Positions 19,501 through 28,635 of a stretch of DNA of 55,111 nucleotides are shown here, one piece after another. The number at the start of each line of letters is the position of its first letter. Position 1 is the stretch's first letter. The notes below the pieces were generated by a model that had not been told where the DNA came from, searched no databases, and saw only the letters and a list, made by a program, of their open reading frames with translations. A program made the translations under genes and the position numbers. Source of the stretch: a virus (taxonomy: Duplodnaviria > Caudoviricetes); the IMG/VR virus record IMGVR_UViG_3300043777_000051, positions 1 to 55,111 of that record. The stretch is one strand, 5' to 3'.

Positions 19501-19967
19501 ATACTCACCGCCCCAGACGTACATCCAACACATTTGGTCCCGATATTCAACGTCCCTACATTCAACGAAGTTTGCGTTTCCGTGTAGAAAGCCACAGACG
19601 CATTGCTCAGAGCCGTTGTGAGGCTTTGGCTTGAGCCGCTGATTGTTTGCGTAGAGCTAAAGCACGTTGCCGGAGTAGTCGGAGCGCAGACGTAGAATAT
19701 CCACTGAGAGTTTGGCCCTGAGAGTTTTGTATTGTCCGCCAAAGGCATCGAAAACGTCCCGGTCGCATCCAAAACTGCCCTGACCGGACTGGGAGGCTGT
19801 TGTGCTAGGCCCGTCCACGTTTGCCCTGTGGGTGTCAGGCTTGCAGTCACACTTCCGCCAGCGTAAGGTTGGCCATTAGGGTCACTAACCGTCGCTGAAA
19901 CCGAAGTATATTGACCGAATGCGCTTGTGGCACACGCCAACAAAAACAGCAAGCAGATTTTTCTCAT
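16581..19967 (-). CDS. Gly-rich signal-peptide-bearing tail-fibre-like protein
   Basis: MRKICLLFLLACATSAFG|QYTSVSAT; long GxGG repeats; GAGG RBS before ATG 19967. Confidence 0.65.
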   Translation of the reverse strand: MRKICLLFLLACATSAFGQYTSVSATVSDPNGQPYAGGSVTASLTPTGQTWTGLAQQPPSPVRAVLDATGTFSMPLADNTKLSGPNSQWIFYVCAPTTPATCFSSTQTISGSSQSLTTALSNASVAFYTETQTSLNVGTLNIGTKCVGCTSGAVSISGTPVTNQVGIWTSATTLKGVTVSGDSTLSGSGVMVNTGLNGTLLSGLATGPLKNTTVTGVPSIATSADIIALWSTCSGTQYLGADGSCHTPSSTTSLPISSVLSATGPIATIADADNPLTINCALVAGADCVAFGETTASTSAGSVEVQITTQTGSTSIPLQITQGANAPAGANAPAVINISQAAAGGAASASSPGFAGAPINFLTGNGSNGGATTGQGGQGGAFNVTTGNGGSAIGGAAQTGQVGGPINFTTGQGGNSTAGAQDGNGGNFTITLGAPGTLQGQSQGGQFIVTGAAIPSTSGGSGGANGPSTLIQAVTGGATSNTTQSGGQGSFVDIQAGIGGAGTGTNSGGGNGGHLNLTGGAGGVSAGTGVAGNGSSWSWQSGNGGAAGGSGGTAGNGGNFTMTMGRPGTFVSGGTAGTGGLFLINGAGFSTASTTSGANRGPLFQVAAASGQSTSFNTGTGGSGSTIAIASGNGGAGTNGTQGNGGTGGTQTYTSGNGGNGAGTGTAGAAGDFVFNIGTAGTGGSGTAGRSGEFQLAFGTVGGALTTPFISQTGTWNTTGAPDAAILSNITCTAAAAAAKLLDLQVGSTSQLNLSFSGSNCTTPLLTSLGNVSAPAFVSTVSTGTAPFTVTSTTPVANLTLSTAAQVPNLPLNQIISPTGAITEIQDGDNPLLISSATTTSGRTAVAFNEHTASTSAGTPYQVGINTLGGSTATPLQVANSVTGSQVLPAVEVNPTWNTTGAAIGIQEVITNTAAANASRALDIKLGATNFFYLALQSGTPATAATNGPSLALNGIKPQIITPGTTPYLNMNTLVKGTMNTCTFALTTSTFTLALSPVSLCTYTLPNTAVTWYWTCTMGWSNVAGTTPTFAEGVTWAQAPSAAFQMGDISTSNGIAGTSGPIGSAASTSTTTNSNIVVTSTLTNSATLFQATMSGTFTASATSGTFSPTVSLTGTGATGTAVGGCTIQ

Positions 19968-19975
19968 GTTCGTCC

Positions 19976-20266
19976 TCACAGCCACGTCACCGTTAGGCCC
20001 GGCAAAGCCGCATTGCCCTGACAGGTAATTCCATTCACCACAGGAACGTCTACGGAGTAAATCGTCCCTACTGCCGCGCTTGCGGGAACCGACAAGATTA
20101 AATTCCCCGTGTGCCCGGAGGCGTTATCGTAGAAGTTTGCCGCCCCCGACCCTAACGCCGTCACAATGACCTTTCCCAGCACTCCAGCGGCAGTTTTGAA
20201 GCTCGTGTCCGCAGAAGTAGCTGCCGGAATGTATGTCGCGTTTGGATAGTTATTTGGTGCTGGCAT
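19976..20266 (-). CDS. small beta-sandwich virion protein
   Basis: MPAPNNYPNATYIPAA...; late-operon position. Confidence 0.55.
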   Translation of the reverse strand: MPAPNNYPNATYIPAATSADTSFKTAAGVLGKVIVTALGSGAANFYDNASGHTGNLILSVPASAAVGTIYSVDVPVVNGITCQGNAALPGLTVTWL

Positions 20267-21434
20267 TCCCGCCCCCTTGCTCCGTAATGGAGCGTACCAT
20301 TGATCCCGCCAAACTCTGACCAGCCTTGCCCCCTCCGTACCCCAAAAGCAACGGATGTCCAACTACCGAACCTGCTCCGTATCCAGCGACCTTCCCGCCG
20401 ATATACCCAAGCCCCCATGACTTATCCAGCGCCTTCATTGCTTTGGCGTATTGAGCGTTAGCCCTTCGATACGGAACGTCTAGCCAGTGAGGTTTCAAGG
20501 ATTCAACGATGGAATTATCCAGAGAGCGTTCCATTTGCTTTGCGATAGCGAACATTTTCCCATTTTTCCCGCCGTACTCATCCCACGGAACTGCCTCTCT
20601 GATTGCAGTCTTGAAGTCTCGCGCCACATCGTAAGTGACGGGCTGCATACTTCCGGCAGTGTCCATGAAGGAGCTGCCACCCATCGGGGCGGCGGAACCT
20701 TTGCTATGCGTCTCTACCCACTTCGCAAAATCTGTTATGGGTTTAGGAATTTGGTATCCCCTCCGTCCAAGTTCCATCGCTTTGTTCGCCAAATCCATCG
20801 CGGGAGTATGGTCAATCGGAATGTCGTGAGCTACTTTGTCGATAGCTTTATAAGATTCGATAGCGCGAGTTTTAGCACCCCACAGAGGACCGGGCTTTGT
20901 GAGGTCACCGGGTTTGTACGTTGATCGCGCCCCCTCCTCCCCTCCCGGCATGAAGAACATCGCTGCATCCCCGGCAATATTCTCCGGTTTCTCTTTGTTC
21001 GCCATGCGGTACGCAATTCCAGGGGCGGTAACACCAACTAGTCCCTTAACCGCTCCCCCTGCCTCGCTGAGTATTGACCCGCTCATGGCCGAAAGTGCAT
21101 CCATCAGGGATCGAGGAGAGAATTTATCCGCCAATGTTTGTGTACCCTCTGGGTGAAGTTTGAGATATTCAGCACGACTGCTTGCGCCCATGCGCTTAGG
21201 GGTATCACCCAAAGCCTTGAAGTTCTCTCCCACGCGGTCCAGAATCTTTCCGGGGTACTCCGCCAATGTCGTAGGGCTATTCTGTAATTCCTTCGGCACT
21301 TGAGGACGGCTCGGAGCAAACTTCGGCGCGGCCAAAGTGTATCCCTTGGCTTGGGCGATGGGGAACGAACTGAGCGGGATAGTGCTGAATTTCCCGTCAG
21401 GACGTTGCACTCGAATTGTCTGTCCGTCCGCCAC
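20250..21434 (-). CDS. putative internal virion/DNA-ejection protein
   Basis: helical 394 aa with Gly-rich hydrophobic C-terminus; position after nozzle genes. Confidence 0.5.
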   Translation of the reverse strand: MADGQTIRVQRPDGKFSTIPLSSFPIAQAKGYTLAAPKFAPSRPQVPKELQNSPTTLAEYPGKILDRVGENFKALGDTPKRMGASSRAEYLKLHPEGTQTLADKFSPRSLMDALSAMSGSILSEAGGAVKGLVGVTAPGIAYRMANKEKPENIAGDAAMFFMPGGEEGARSTYKPGDLTKPGPLWGAKTRAIESYKAIDKVAHDIPIDHTPAMDLANKAMELGRRGYQIPKPITDFAKWVETHSKGSAAPMGGSSFMDTAGSMQPVTYDVARDFKTAIREAVPWDEYGGKNGKMFAIAKQMERSLDNSIVESLKPHWLDVPYRRANAQYAKAMKALDKSWGLGYIGGKVAGYGAGSVVGHPLLLGYGGGKAGQSLAGSMVRSITEQGGGNASTK

Positions 21435-22609
21435 TATTGCTCCACTACCTCACCGGGAACGCCCGATTCCGTCTGCCCAAGAGAGCCTTTCGCTTCATCC
21501 ACGATGCCTTGCAGAAAAATCGCCTTCTCGTAAAGCTGTTGCGGAGTATCCGTGGGTGACGGAAGATGCTGTTTGATCGTCTCGAACATATATTTTCCAC
21601 GCCCAAGAGCCATCCACGGCCCCGCGCCCATTACCTGTAACGAGGCGGCAGTCTTGATCAACTGGCCTGAAAGTTTCTCAGGAGCCACACCACGGTTGTA
21701 GGCGAACATGCGGAGATGTTCCGCTAAAGACGAATATCCCCCAAACATCCAGTCGTTATCCGTGGTCAGTCCAGCATCCTCGATGGTTTTTTTTAACTGC
21801 CCGATCTTCGGCTCAATCTGGTTTACGATGTCCAGCGTCTTTTGCTCGGAGGCGTTGAGTTTGCGCTTCGCCTCCATCTTGTTCTCGCGCATGTAGGTGG
21901 CGATTGCGCCCCGCTCTTTGGTGGGGAAGTCTTTCAGTGTCGCACTACCGGACTGGACATCCTTGGCTTTATCCGCTACCGAACGAGGGTCACCTTCGCC
22001 GCTAGCCTGTTTCGGAAGTTTACCTTTTACGGAACTACGGATTGGGGACTTGGAGGGGTCATCTGGCATGTACCACCACTGGCCTTTGTCATCCTGCTCC
22101 AGTTTGTAACCCTCCAGTTTTCGTTTATCTTCTGCGTCCTGCTTGGCCTTCTCTTTTCTCTCTGCCTCTTCTTGATCTTGCAACTTTTCGGCGCGGGACA
22201 ATACGGCCTTCATCGCCCCCTTCGTATCATTTGGGTCAATCGCCAGTTCCGACTCTGCGATAGCCTGTAAATCCTTCTGATACTTCGGGTCTTGTTTCTT
22301 GACGAAATCCCGCAGAGCCTCCATGCCCGTAGGCGCTCCGCCCTGCCCGTGAATTTGCACAACCTTACCCTGAGAAGGCGACCACATCTGTCGGACGGGA
22401 ATTCCATTGTCGGAGTACTGCGGAAGGCCGATGTCTACCAGTTCGTTCTCGGCCTTCTTCTGGGCGAGTTGCGCGAGAATTTTCTGGCGGTCGGCGGCTT
22501 GTTTTCTAAGGTCTAGCTCCTGATTCTGTATCCCAGCTTGACGGCGGAGTTCTCCCGCCTGACCGTAGGACTCACCTAATCCGCCGAGGGCTGTGAGAAA
22601 GGCAGACAT
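21434..22609 (-). CDS. putative internal virion/DNA-ejection protein
   Basis: MSAFLTALGGLGESYGQ, then Q/E/K coiled coil. Confidence 0.5.
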   Translation of the reverse strand: MSAFLTALGGLGESYGQAGELRRQAGIQNQELDLRKQAADRQKILAQLAQKKAENELVDIGLPQYSDNGIPVRQMWSPSQGKVVQIHGQGGAPTGMEALRDFVKKQDPKYQKDLQAIAESELAIDPNDTKGAMKAVLSRAEKLQDQEEAERKEKAKQDAEDKRKLEGYKLEQDDKGQWWYMPDDPSKSPIRSSVKGKLPKQASGEGDPRSVADKAKDVQSGSATLKDFPTKERGAIATYMRENKMEAKRKLNASEQKTLDIVNQIEPKIGQLKKTIEDAGLTTDNDWMFGGYSSLAEHLRMFAYNRGVAPEKLSGQLIKTAASLQVMGAGPWMALGRGKYMFETIKQHLPSPTDTPQQLYEKAIFLQGIVDEAKGSLGQTESGVPGEVVEQ

Positions 22610-23173
22610 TTAGAACGCATATCCGGGGGTATAACCTCCCCAGTCGGGCGAACCGCCACCGCCCGTATTGTCAAAATTAAAGATGTCGGTCGGCAGCGGC
22701 GTCTCGGAAGGGCTTGGACCCATAGTGATTCCACTCATATCCACACTCGGCGTAGCTCCCGTCCCGCCTTTGTTCATCATCATCATCATCAACGGCAGAG
22801 TTAGATTCGCCTGAGGAAGCGGATTAGTCGGCATCACCCCCAAGGAGGCCATCGCCTCATTGATACCAATCTGCTGTTCGTTTTGCTGCAAGGGTCCAAG
22901 AGCTTGTGCCATCACGTCTTGCGTAATCGTGGGCGAACCAGTCAGGCCGCGCTCCCCCAACGCGGCCTGCACCTGATTCTCGGTCCCCGCAACCAATCCT
23001 TGATCGAGAGGCCGAGAGAACTGATTCACGTAGGCATTCATCTTCTGCGGATTCTTCGACAAGTCCGCAAGAAACTGCTGCCGCCCCATCGTGGTGCGGT
23101 TATTCAGCCAGTTCGAGAGGAATCCCACTCCCGAAAACACTGCTGGCAAAATCGCTGTAATCGCTTGCGGCAC
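22610..23173 (-). CDS. putative ejection/pilot protein
   Basis: hydrophobic N-terminus, Q-rich middle. Confidence 0.5.
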   Translation of the reverse strand: MPQAITAILPAVFSGVGFLSNWLNNRTTMGRQQFLADLSKNPQKMNAYVNQFSRPLDQGLVAGTENQVQAALGERGLTGSPTITQDVMAQALGPLQQNEQQIGINEAMASLGVMPTNPLPQANLTLPLMMMMMNKGGTGATPSVDMSGITMGPSPSETPLPTDIFNFDNTGGGGSPDWGGYTPGYAF

Positions 23174-23623
23174 TTAAGTTCCTCCTGCAAACATCGCCTT
23201 TGGCTCCGGTTCGGGATTGAAAAGCCTCTTAATTACGTCTCCGATACCAGAAGTCAAACCAGTGGACGAAGGAGAACCGCCTGACGAAAGTCCGGGTTCG
23301 TTCTGCGCTCCACCAAACAACGTCTTTTGCGCCAACCCCACATCCCCCGTGTATCCTGCCAAAGACGAAACTAATTCCGAAAAACTGGATGGTGTTAACG
23401 CCCCACCAACCTGCTCTTGCGCCGTAGGGTCAAATTTCTTGAATGCTTCCTGCTTGGTTAACTGCTCCTGTTGCTGCTGCTTCTGCAAGGCTTGTTGGGC
23501 CATCTGCTGCTGCTGTTTCTGTTGAGCAGAAGCCTGATCGCCTGCCTGCACTCCTTCATAAACACTGACACCAGTCCCAATCCCTGTAGCCGCCAACAAA
23601 ATCAATGGGATAGCCTGTGGCAT
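23174..23623 (-). CDS. putative ejection protein (T7 gp14/P22 gp7-like architecture)
   Basis: Ala/Gly hydrophobic N-terminus followed by Gln-rich coil. Confidence 0.5.
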   Translation of the reverse strand: MPQAIPLILLAATGIGTGVSVYEGVQAGDQASAQQKQQQQMAQQALQKQQQQEQLTKQEAFKKFDPTAQEQVGGALTPSSFSELVSSLAGYTGDVGLAQKTLFGGAQNEPGLSSGGSPSSTGLTSGIGDVIKRLFNPEPEPKAMFAGGT

Positions 23624-24021
23624 CAGTATTCATTCTCCGTCGATCCAGCGGCCCAACAGCCGTAGGCGGGAAGTAAAACCCCGCCGCTTCTCTGGACAAG
23701 CCCCATCAGCTTGACTTCCTGTTTTTCGCGGTCATCGAGAAAACACAGATACCCGATCAGGCCGCGTTCTCTCGCGTCCCGCAACACCTTCCGCAAACCT
23801 AGCACGGCCCACGATTTAGGGGCATCCTTGGTAGAAGTAATACGAAGCAGCATGAGTATTCCGTGCGCGTTCACCCCCAAAATTTGCCCAACGATCTTCC
23901 CTTCGTATTCCGCCAGCCATTGCCATTCTGGGTCGATCTGCATAACCCCAAGGTTTTCCATTAGTTCGGTGGGAATGACTTCGCCGGGATAGCGATTGCG
24001 AATTTCCAGTGTCGAGATCAT
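23623..24021 (-). CDS. GNAT-fold-like tail assembly protein
   Basis: WLAEYEGKIVG motif; position between nozzle and ejection genes. Confidence 0.45.
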   Translation of the reverse strand: MISTLEIRNRYPGEVIPTELMENLGVMQIDPEWQWLAEYEGKIVGQILGVNAHGILMLLRITSTKDAPKSWAVLGLRKVLRDARERGLIGYLCFLDDREKQEVKLMGLVQRSGGVLLPAYGCWAAGSTENEY

Positions 24022-26588
24022 CAGCTAATAACTATCGGGGCACCCACCGCCTTCTCTACGACTTCATGGTCGATGCTATCAATCTCGCTCGGCCCCGCCG
24101 CCGCTATCGTGGCGTGAAAATTGCGTACCGTCTGCTGCAAATCCGCCTGGGCCTCAAACTGCCCTATCCCTAGAGCACGGAAAGCCGCTGTGATCGCTAA
24201 GGCATCATTGCCGTTATAACAAGGCGTGACCGTGATGGGAACGGCCCCGACTCCGCGAATGACGATTCGCCGGAAGTAAGTCGGCTGGCTTCCGCCCTCC
24301 TGATAGACTTCGGCGGAACGCAGTGAGGACCGGACTAAAAGATCGGGAGCGAAGGCGTTGGTAGCCCCAGCGTCCCAATTTGCGTCTCCCGCCTGCCAGC
24401 GGCGAATTGCGCCATCCCAAAAGCCCGCCATCAGGGTAATCGGGATCGTTCCAATCGTCCGGACTTGCGACAAGATAGAAAGCGGGAAGGGAAGATCGAC
24501 AACCGTCCACCCCTTTAGAACCAAGTCGTAACAAAACACTCTGGTTAACTGCCCCAGAGAACTTCCGATGACTCCCGTCATCACCCCGGTAAAACTCTGT
24601 ATTCTCAGGACATTGAAAGCCATCGCGGAATAGTAGTAAATGAAGTTTTCCGCTCCGGAAGTCGGTCCGAACAAAATCCTCCACGTATAGTTAAAGGGTG
24701 CAACACTCGGAAGGGTTATGTTGATCCCGGTACACGGTCCCACGCTGACTTCGGCGGTTTGAGCAATGGCCCCATTCGCCCCGACCTTCTGCACAATCAC
24801 GTAATATGTGGCCGAAGGCAGAGTCCCTGTCCCTGCCGTAATAGGCATCGGGGGAAGAGTGGTTGTAGGGTTCTGAATCACTGGGCAGGCACAGACATAC
24901 ATTGGCGGGTCGGTAACCTGAGAGCCTTTGGAGAACCAAGCGTAGTTCCAGTCCACGGGTAGAATGTCCGACTGCCCGCCAAAGAGATATGGCCTGAGTT
25001 CTTCACTCACCAACTTGTCGTATAGACCGTCAAAAATGGCAAATCCGAGATGCGTTAACCGAATCAGTCCGAAGCCAGGGAGATACTGGATTGAGCGCGC
25101 CGCCGAACAACCCATGTCAGTCTGGGCTTGTTGAATTGCAAAGTCCGCCGCGCCAAATACTCCGTTGATCACGTAGAGAGAGAAATCCTTAAAGACGGCC
25201 AACTGGTTTGTCGTGGGAATTCCCGCCGCCGCAACTGCGAACGCCTTGATCCCGGAAATCTGTGTTCCGTCATCACGCGCTACCTGTGCGGCATTCAGTG
25301 GGTTCCATGAATTTGGGTTATTGGCATCGCTCATCCTGAGAGCCGATGGCCCGTCCAGTTGATCTGTAGTGATCTGCGGGGAGGTATTCGCTACCCAGAG
25401 CGACCCTGCATAGTATTCGACGTGAGCCGCGCCACGCGGGGCGGGGGAGGTAGAAACTTTCCCGGCGTTCTGCCAGATAATATTTCCGTCCGCGACTTGC
25501 TGATCTAGGACCGAAGGAAACGTCGGCATGGAGCCGCTGGTGACCCCGCCTTGCACAGCGGTAAACACATAAGCCGTCCCCGACACCGTAACCGTGATTT
25601 GATCGCCAGTGGAAAATCCCGTGGTCGCTTGCCACGAAGGAAAAGTTGCCTGAAACGTGTTCGTAATCGGAATCGTGTTCCCAGTAGTCCCATCCGATGT
25701 ATAGGGCGAAACTCCGTTGCCCAGCGCTAGGAACATTAAATTGGCAAATTGAATGATCTGCGGCAGGGGACTCAGGGTTCCAGTCTGCCCTCCGCCCGGA
25801 CTCTGACTTCCTCCACTGCCTCCAGAAACACCCCCGCCGTATCCTCCTCCAACTCCTCCGCCCCCCGGTTGGAAAATCAAATTGTCGGCGGGGAAAGTGA
25901 AAACGATGTTGGCCGCACCATAACTCGTAGGGGGAACTAGCTGAAACTGGCACACCTGAGTCGAATTGGCAGTGGGTTGCCCTTGAGTCCCAAGATTCGC
26001 GTCGGCCACATTGTCCGTGTAGGAGATCGTTGCGCCCGAACCCGTAACGGGCGTTGCCCCGTTAACCAAAAGCAGGGTGGAGCCTCCGGCAATGGTTCGG
26101 TAGACGTTGTATCCTGTTGCATTTACGACTTTATTCCACGTCAGGTTCGCTTTGTGGCTGGCCGCAAGCGTCAGGGTCGCTGCGGCAGAAACTAAAGTCT
26201 CTCCTCCAGCGCCGTCTAAGGCCGTTACAGCCCATTGATAAGCGCCTGCGGATAAGTTCCCTCCCGTCCCTCCGTCAACGGCTGCGAGGCCCGTAGGCGA
26301 TGCCAGATGGGTGTTATAGTCCTTCCTGATCAGAAAGTAATTTAACTGCCCTCCCACAGGCTGATAGAGAAACAAGGCCGTAATCGGCCCGATGTTGGCC
26401 GAGATGGCTTGCAGGACTCCATTCAGAGCAGAGACTAACTGCGTCCCATCACACGTCGCCCAGCCGCCCCGGCGAGTCAGGAGATAATTCGACACTCGCG
26501 GAACGGTTTGTTTCGGCTGGGAGAGAGTATCGAAGTTCGCAGATAAGCCCTTGATCCAGCTACGTTGACTGAGGTTACGCAGTGGCAT
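24021..26588 (-). CDS. tail nozzle/head-closure protein with inserted Ig/FN3-like domains
   Basis: MPLRNLSQRSWIKGL; propeller-like YYAGSLWVA, LAVFKDFSLY, TDMGCSAARSI, VFCYDLVLKGW. Confidence 0.65.
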   Translation of the reverse strand: MPLRNLSQRSWIKGLSANFDTLSQPKQTVPRVSNYLLTRRGGWATCDGTQLVSALNGVLQAISANIGPITALFLYQPVGGQLNYFLIRKDYNTHLASPTGLAAVDGGTGGNLSAGAYQWAVTALDGAGGETLVSAAATLTLAASHKANLTWNKVVNATGYNVYRTIAGGSTLLLVNGATPVTGSGATISYTDNVADANLGTQGQPTANSTQVCQFQLVPPTSYGAANIVFTFPADNLIFQPGGGGVGGGYGGGVSGGSGGSQSPGGGQTGTLSPLPQIIQFANLMFLALGNGVSPYTSDGTTGNTIPITNTFQATFPSWQATTGFSTGDQITVTVSGTAYVFTAVQGGVTSGSMPTFPSVLDQQVADGNIIWQNAGKVSTSPAPRGAAHVEYYAGSLWVANTSPQITTDQLDGPSALRMSDANNPNSWNPLNAAQVARDDGTQISGIKAFAVAAAGIPTTNQLAVFKDFSLYVINGVFGAADFAIQQAQTDMGCSAARSIQYLPGFGLIRLTHLGFAIFDGLYDKLVSEELRPYLFGGQSDILPVDWNYAWFSKGSQVTDPPMYVCACPVIQNPTTTLPPMPITAGTGTLPSATYYVIVQKVGANGAIAQTAEVSVGPCTGINITLPSVAPFNYTWRILFGPTSGAENFIYYYSAMAFNVLRIQSFTGVMTGVIGSSLGQLTRVFCYDLVLKGWTVVDLPFPLSILSQVRTIGTIPITLMAGFWDGAIRRWQAGDANWDAGATNAFAPDLLVRSSLRSAEVYQEGGSQPTYFRRIVIRGVGAVPITVTPCYNGNDALAITAAFRALGIGQFEAQADLQQTVRNFHATIAAAGPSEIDSIDHEVVEKAVGAPIVIS

Positions 26589-27811
26589 TACGGGACGATT
26601 ACACCCCCGAAAATTGACCCAAGACCAGGATAGGTTTCGCTCCCGCGTCCGGCACTCGCGGAAATCTGCCGTGGCCCGGTAACGATCCGATTGGCATTCA
26701 AACGTTTCACCGCCGACTCGAATTCCTGCATCAACTCTTGTGCTTCCTTCACTTGCTGTTCGGCCTTTTTGAAACGGGAGATCAGGTACGTCTCCATCGC
26801 ATGTTCCCACCCCGGAGGAAGGTAGAACGTCGAAGGAGCCTGCCCCACGGAGTACCCAGTAGGAACCCTGTGGCCGCTCACCATGACGTTAAGTTCCGTC
26901 ACGGGAGTACTGGCTGGCCACGCTTGCGGGATCGTACCACCCATCCCGCGAGTAAGCTGTGCTAAAACTCCCCCAGCATTAGAGCCGAATTCCACCATCT
27001 CCGTTCCAATCATCGCCAACCCAAATCCCAATACGAAGTTGGAAGTTGCCAGCGCAACCGAATTCGATCCTACGGTCATTGTAGCCGTCGTAGTTGTCTG
27101 GCCGCTCGTTCTCGATGGTTGCGGCCACAACTCAACAATGAGCCTGTTGGTGGACTGGTAGGCCGTCATGGTGCCGACTAACCCTGTAACATTGTTACGG
27201 CGGAAAACGTCGGTCTTTCGCCCTAAAGATAGCGGATACCCGTCATACCAAGCATTAGAGACTTTCTTCCATGTTCCCGTGAGATTGTAAATTGGCTGGC
27301 CCGAAACTGAGCCGACCGCAGAAAAGTCAGGAAGTCCGTCGCAGATTGTGGATGCCGCGAATAGACCGTCATTCAGCCAGCGGTACAACGCCGCTGCGCT
27401 TAACGCCCCGCCATCGGAGTCCGGGAGATATGCGGTACTTCTTGTGGGAGGAGTCTCGGAAAGAAGGATTGTCGTCGCATCAATCGTCAGCGGCAGTGCA
27501 GTAAAGTTAACGTAGACGTTTTCTCCTCCAGAATTTAGGCCGAGATAGGCCCGCATTTGTGTAATGTTGGCAGGGAATGTTCCGGTAATCTGGATGGCTT
27601 GACCAGACGATACCGTGACTGATATTTCGGATGATTGGAGGCTTTGGCCCCATTGATTGTACTGAGTGAAAACGATGTAGTACGTTCCGGTGGGCAGGGA
27701 ATTGGATGAACTAATTGGCGCGCCGCCTAAAGCAGCGGGAGGGGAAAGAAGTTGCGGAAGGTCAGGAAATAATTCCCGCGCCGAGATGAGGATGTCGCCA
27801 ACAAGGGGCAA
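26588..27811 (-). CDS. head-tail adaptor with inserted domains
   Basis: N-terminal helix VGDILISARE, WLNDG, LWPQPS, C-terminal helices. Confidence 0.6.
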   Translation of the reverse strand: MPLVGDILISARELFPDLPQLLSPPAALGGAPISSSNSLPTGTYYIVFTQYNQWGQSLQSSEISVTVSSGQAIQITGTFPANITQMRAYLGLNSGGENVYVNFTALPLTIDATTILLSETPPTRSTAYLPDSDGGALSAAALYRWLNDGLFAASTICDGLPDFSAVGSVSGQPIYNLTGTWKKVSNAWYDGYPLSLGRKTDVFRRNNVTGLVGTMTAYQSTNRLIVELWPQPSRTSGQTTTTATMTVGSNSVALATSNFVLGFGLAMIGTEMVEFGSNAGGVLAQLTRGMGGTIPQAWPASTPVTELNVMVSGHRVPTGYSVGQAPSTFYLPPGWEHAMETYLISRFKKAEQQVKEAQELMQEFESAVKRLNANRIVTGPRQISASAGRGSETYPGLGSIFGGVIVP

Positions 27812-27820
27812 GTCATGCTC

Positions 27821-28096
27821 CTAGTCCTGATTACTCGCTGCAATGATTGTAACCGCTCCTTCGATGGCCGCAACATCCGTGGCGTTGGTCGTAATGTAGA
27901 TCGACGCCGCCCCATTGATCGCAAGATTTGAGATTGCATTGGCAACGTTTGTCAGAAACGTATGGGCGGTTCCGGGACTTGGCGCGAAGGCTGGACTCCC
28001 CTTGATGACGATTAAAGTAGGCGCTGGAGGCGCGGCGATCCCCTCCGTCTGCTGGGCGCTCCCTACTACCGTTCCCTTGTAGCGAATCGTCGCCAT
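27821..28096 (-). CDS. small virion protein
   Basis: GGAG RBS; structural-operon position. Confidence 0.55.
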   Translation of the reverse strand: MATIRYKGTVVGSAQQTEGIAAPPAPTLIVIKGSPAFAPSPGTAHTFLTNVANAISNLAINGAASIYITTNATDVAAIEGAVTIIAASNQD

Positions 28097-28098
28097 GG

Positions 28099-28179
28099 CT
28101 ATCTCCGCTTCTTATTCTTTTTCTTCATTGCCGACTTGAAGCCCTGCATCTTTTTCAGGTACTTGTTTTTCTTCTTCAT
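28099..28179 (-). CDS. 26-aa Lys-rich peptide
   Basis: GGAGGT RBS; MKKKNKYLKKMQGFKSAMKKKNKKRR. Confidence 0.6.
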   Translation of the reverse strand: MKKKNKYLKKMQGFKSAMKKKNKKRR

Positions 28180-28189
28180 CCTACCTCCG

Positions 28190-28216
28190 AAAAAGGCCGG
28201 AGCCGAAGCCCCGGCC
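28190..28216 (-). terminator. intrinsic terminator after the capsid genes
   Basis: GGCCGGGGC-TTCG-GCTCCGGCC-TTTTT on the minus strand. Confidence 0.8.
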
Positions 28217-28236
28217 AGCAGCAGGCAACGAAAGAC

Positions 28237-28623
28237 TCACGCGACTCCACACACTTCCACATCGAATGTCGAAGTGTTATTGACCACGTTGATCGCAACG
28301 TTAATTGAGGTCAGAGCAAGGTCAGTGATGAATTCAATTTCGTTGACGTAGGACTGGCCATTGGCGGTCTGGGCCGCATCCCCAGCGTAAAGTTGCTGAG
28401 TGGTAGTCCCGTCTGTTCCAAGAATGTTCGTGATCTTGCATGTCGCGTTCACGCCCAGCGCAAGTGACTGCACGCGAATCTTACCCGCACTGAATGTCGT
28501 CGGGAAGGCGTTGAGCACTACATTCGTCACGGCACCGGAGGCACAGGAGACATTGAGGTTGGATACGGTTGCTCCCGACCCTAGTCCCGGAAGAATCTTC
28601 GCTACTTTGTTGACGATTGCCAC
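28237..28623 (-). CDS. putative capsid decoration protein
   Basis: beta-rich 128 aa between capsid gene and terminator; AGGAGG RBS. Confidence 0.55.
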   Translation of the reverse strand: MAIVNKVAKILPGLGSGATVSNLNVSCASGAVTNVVLNAFPTTFSAGKIRVQSLALGVNATCKITNILGTDGTTTQQLYAGDAAQTANGQSYVNEIEFITDLALTSINVAINVVNNTSTFDVEVCGVA

Positions 28624-28635
28624 ACTTGCCTCCTA

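Noticed and set aside
26589-26810. Longer nozzle start from the ORF track
   Set aside because: It lies within the adaptor gene; the TAATG-coupled ATG at 26588 fits better.
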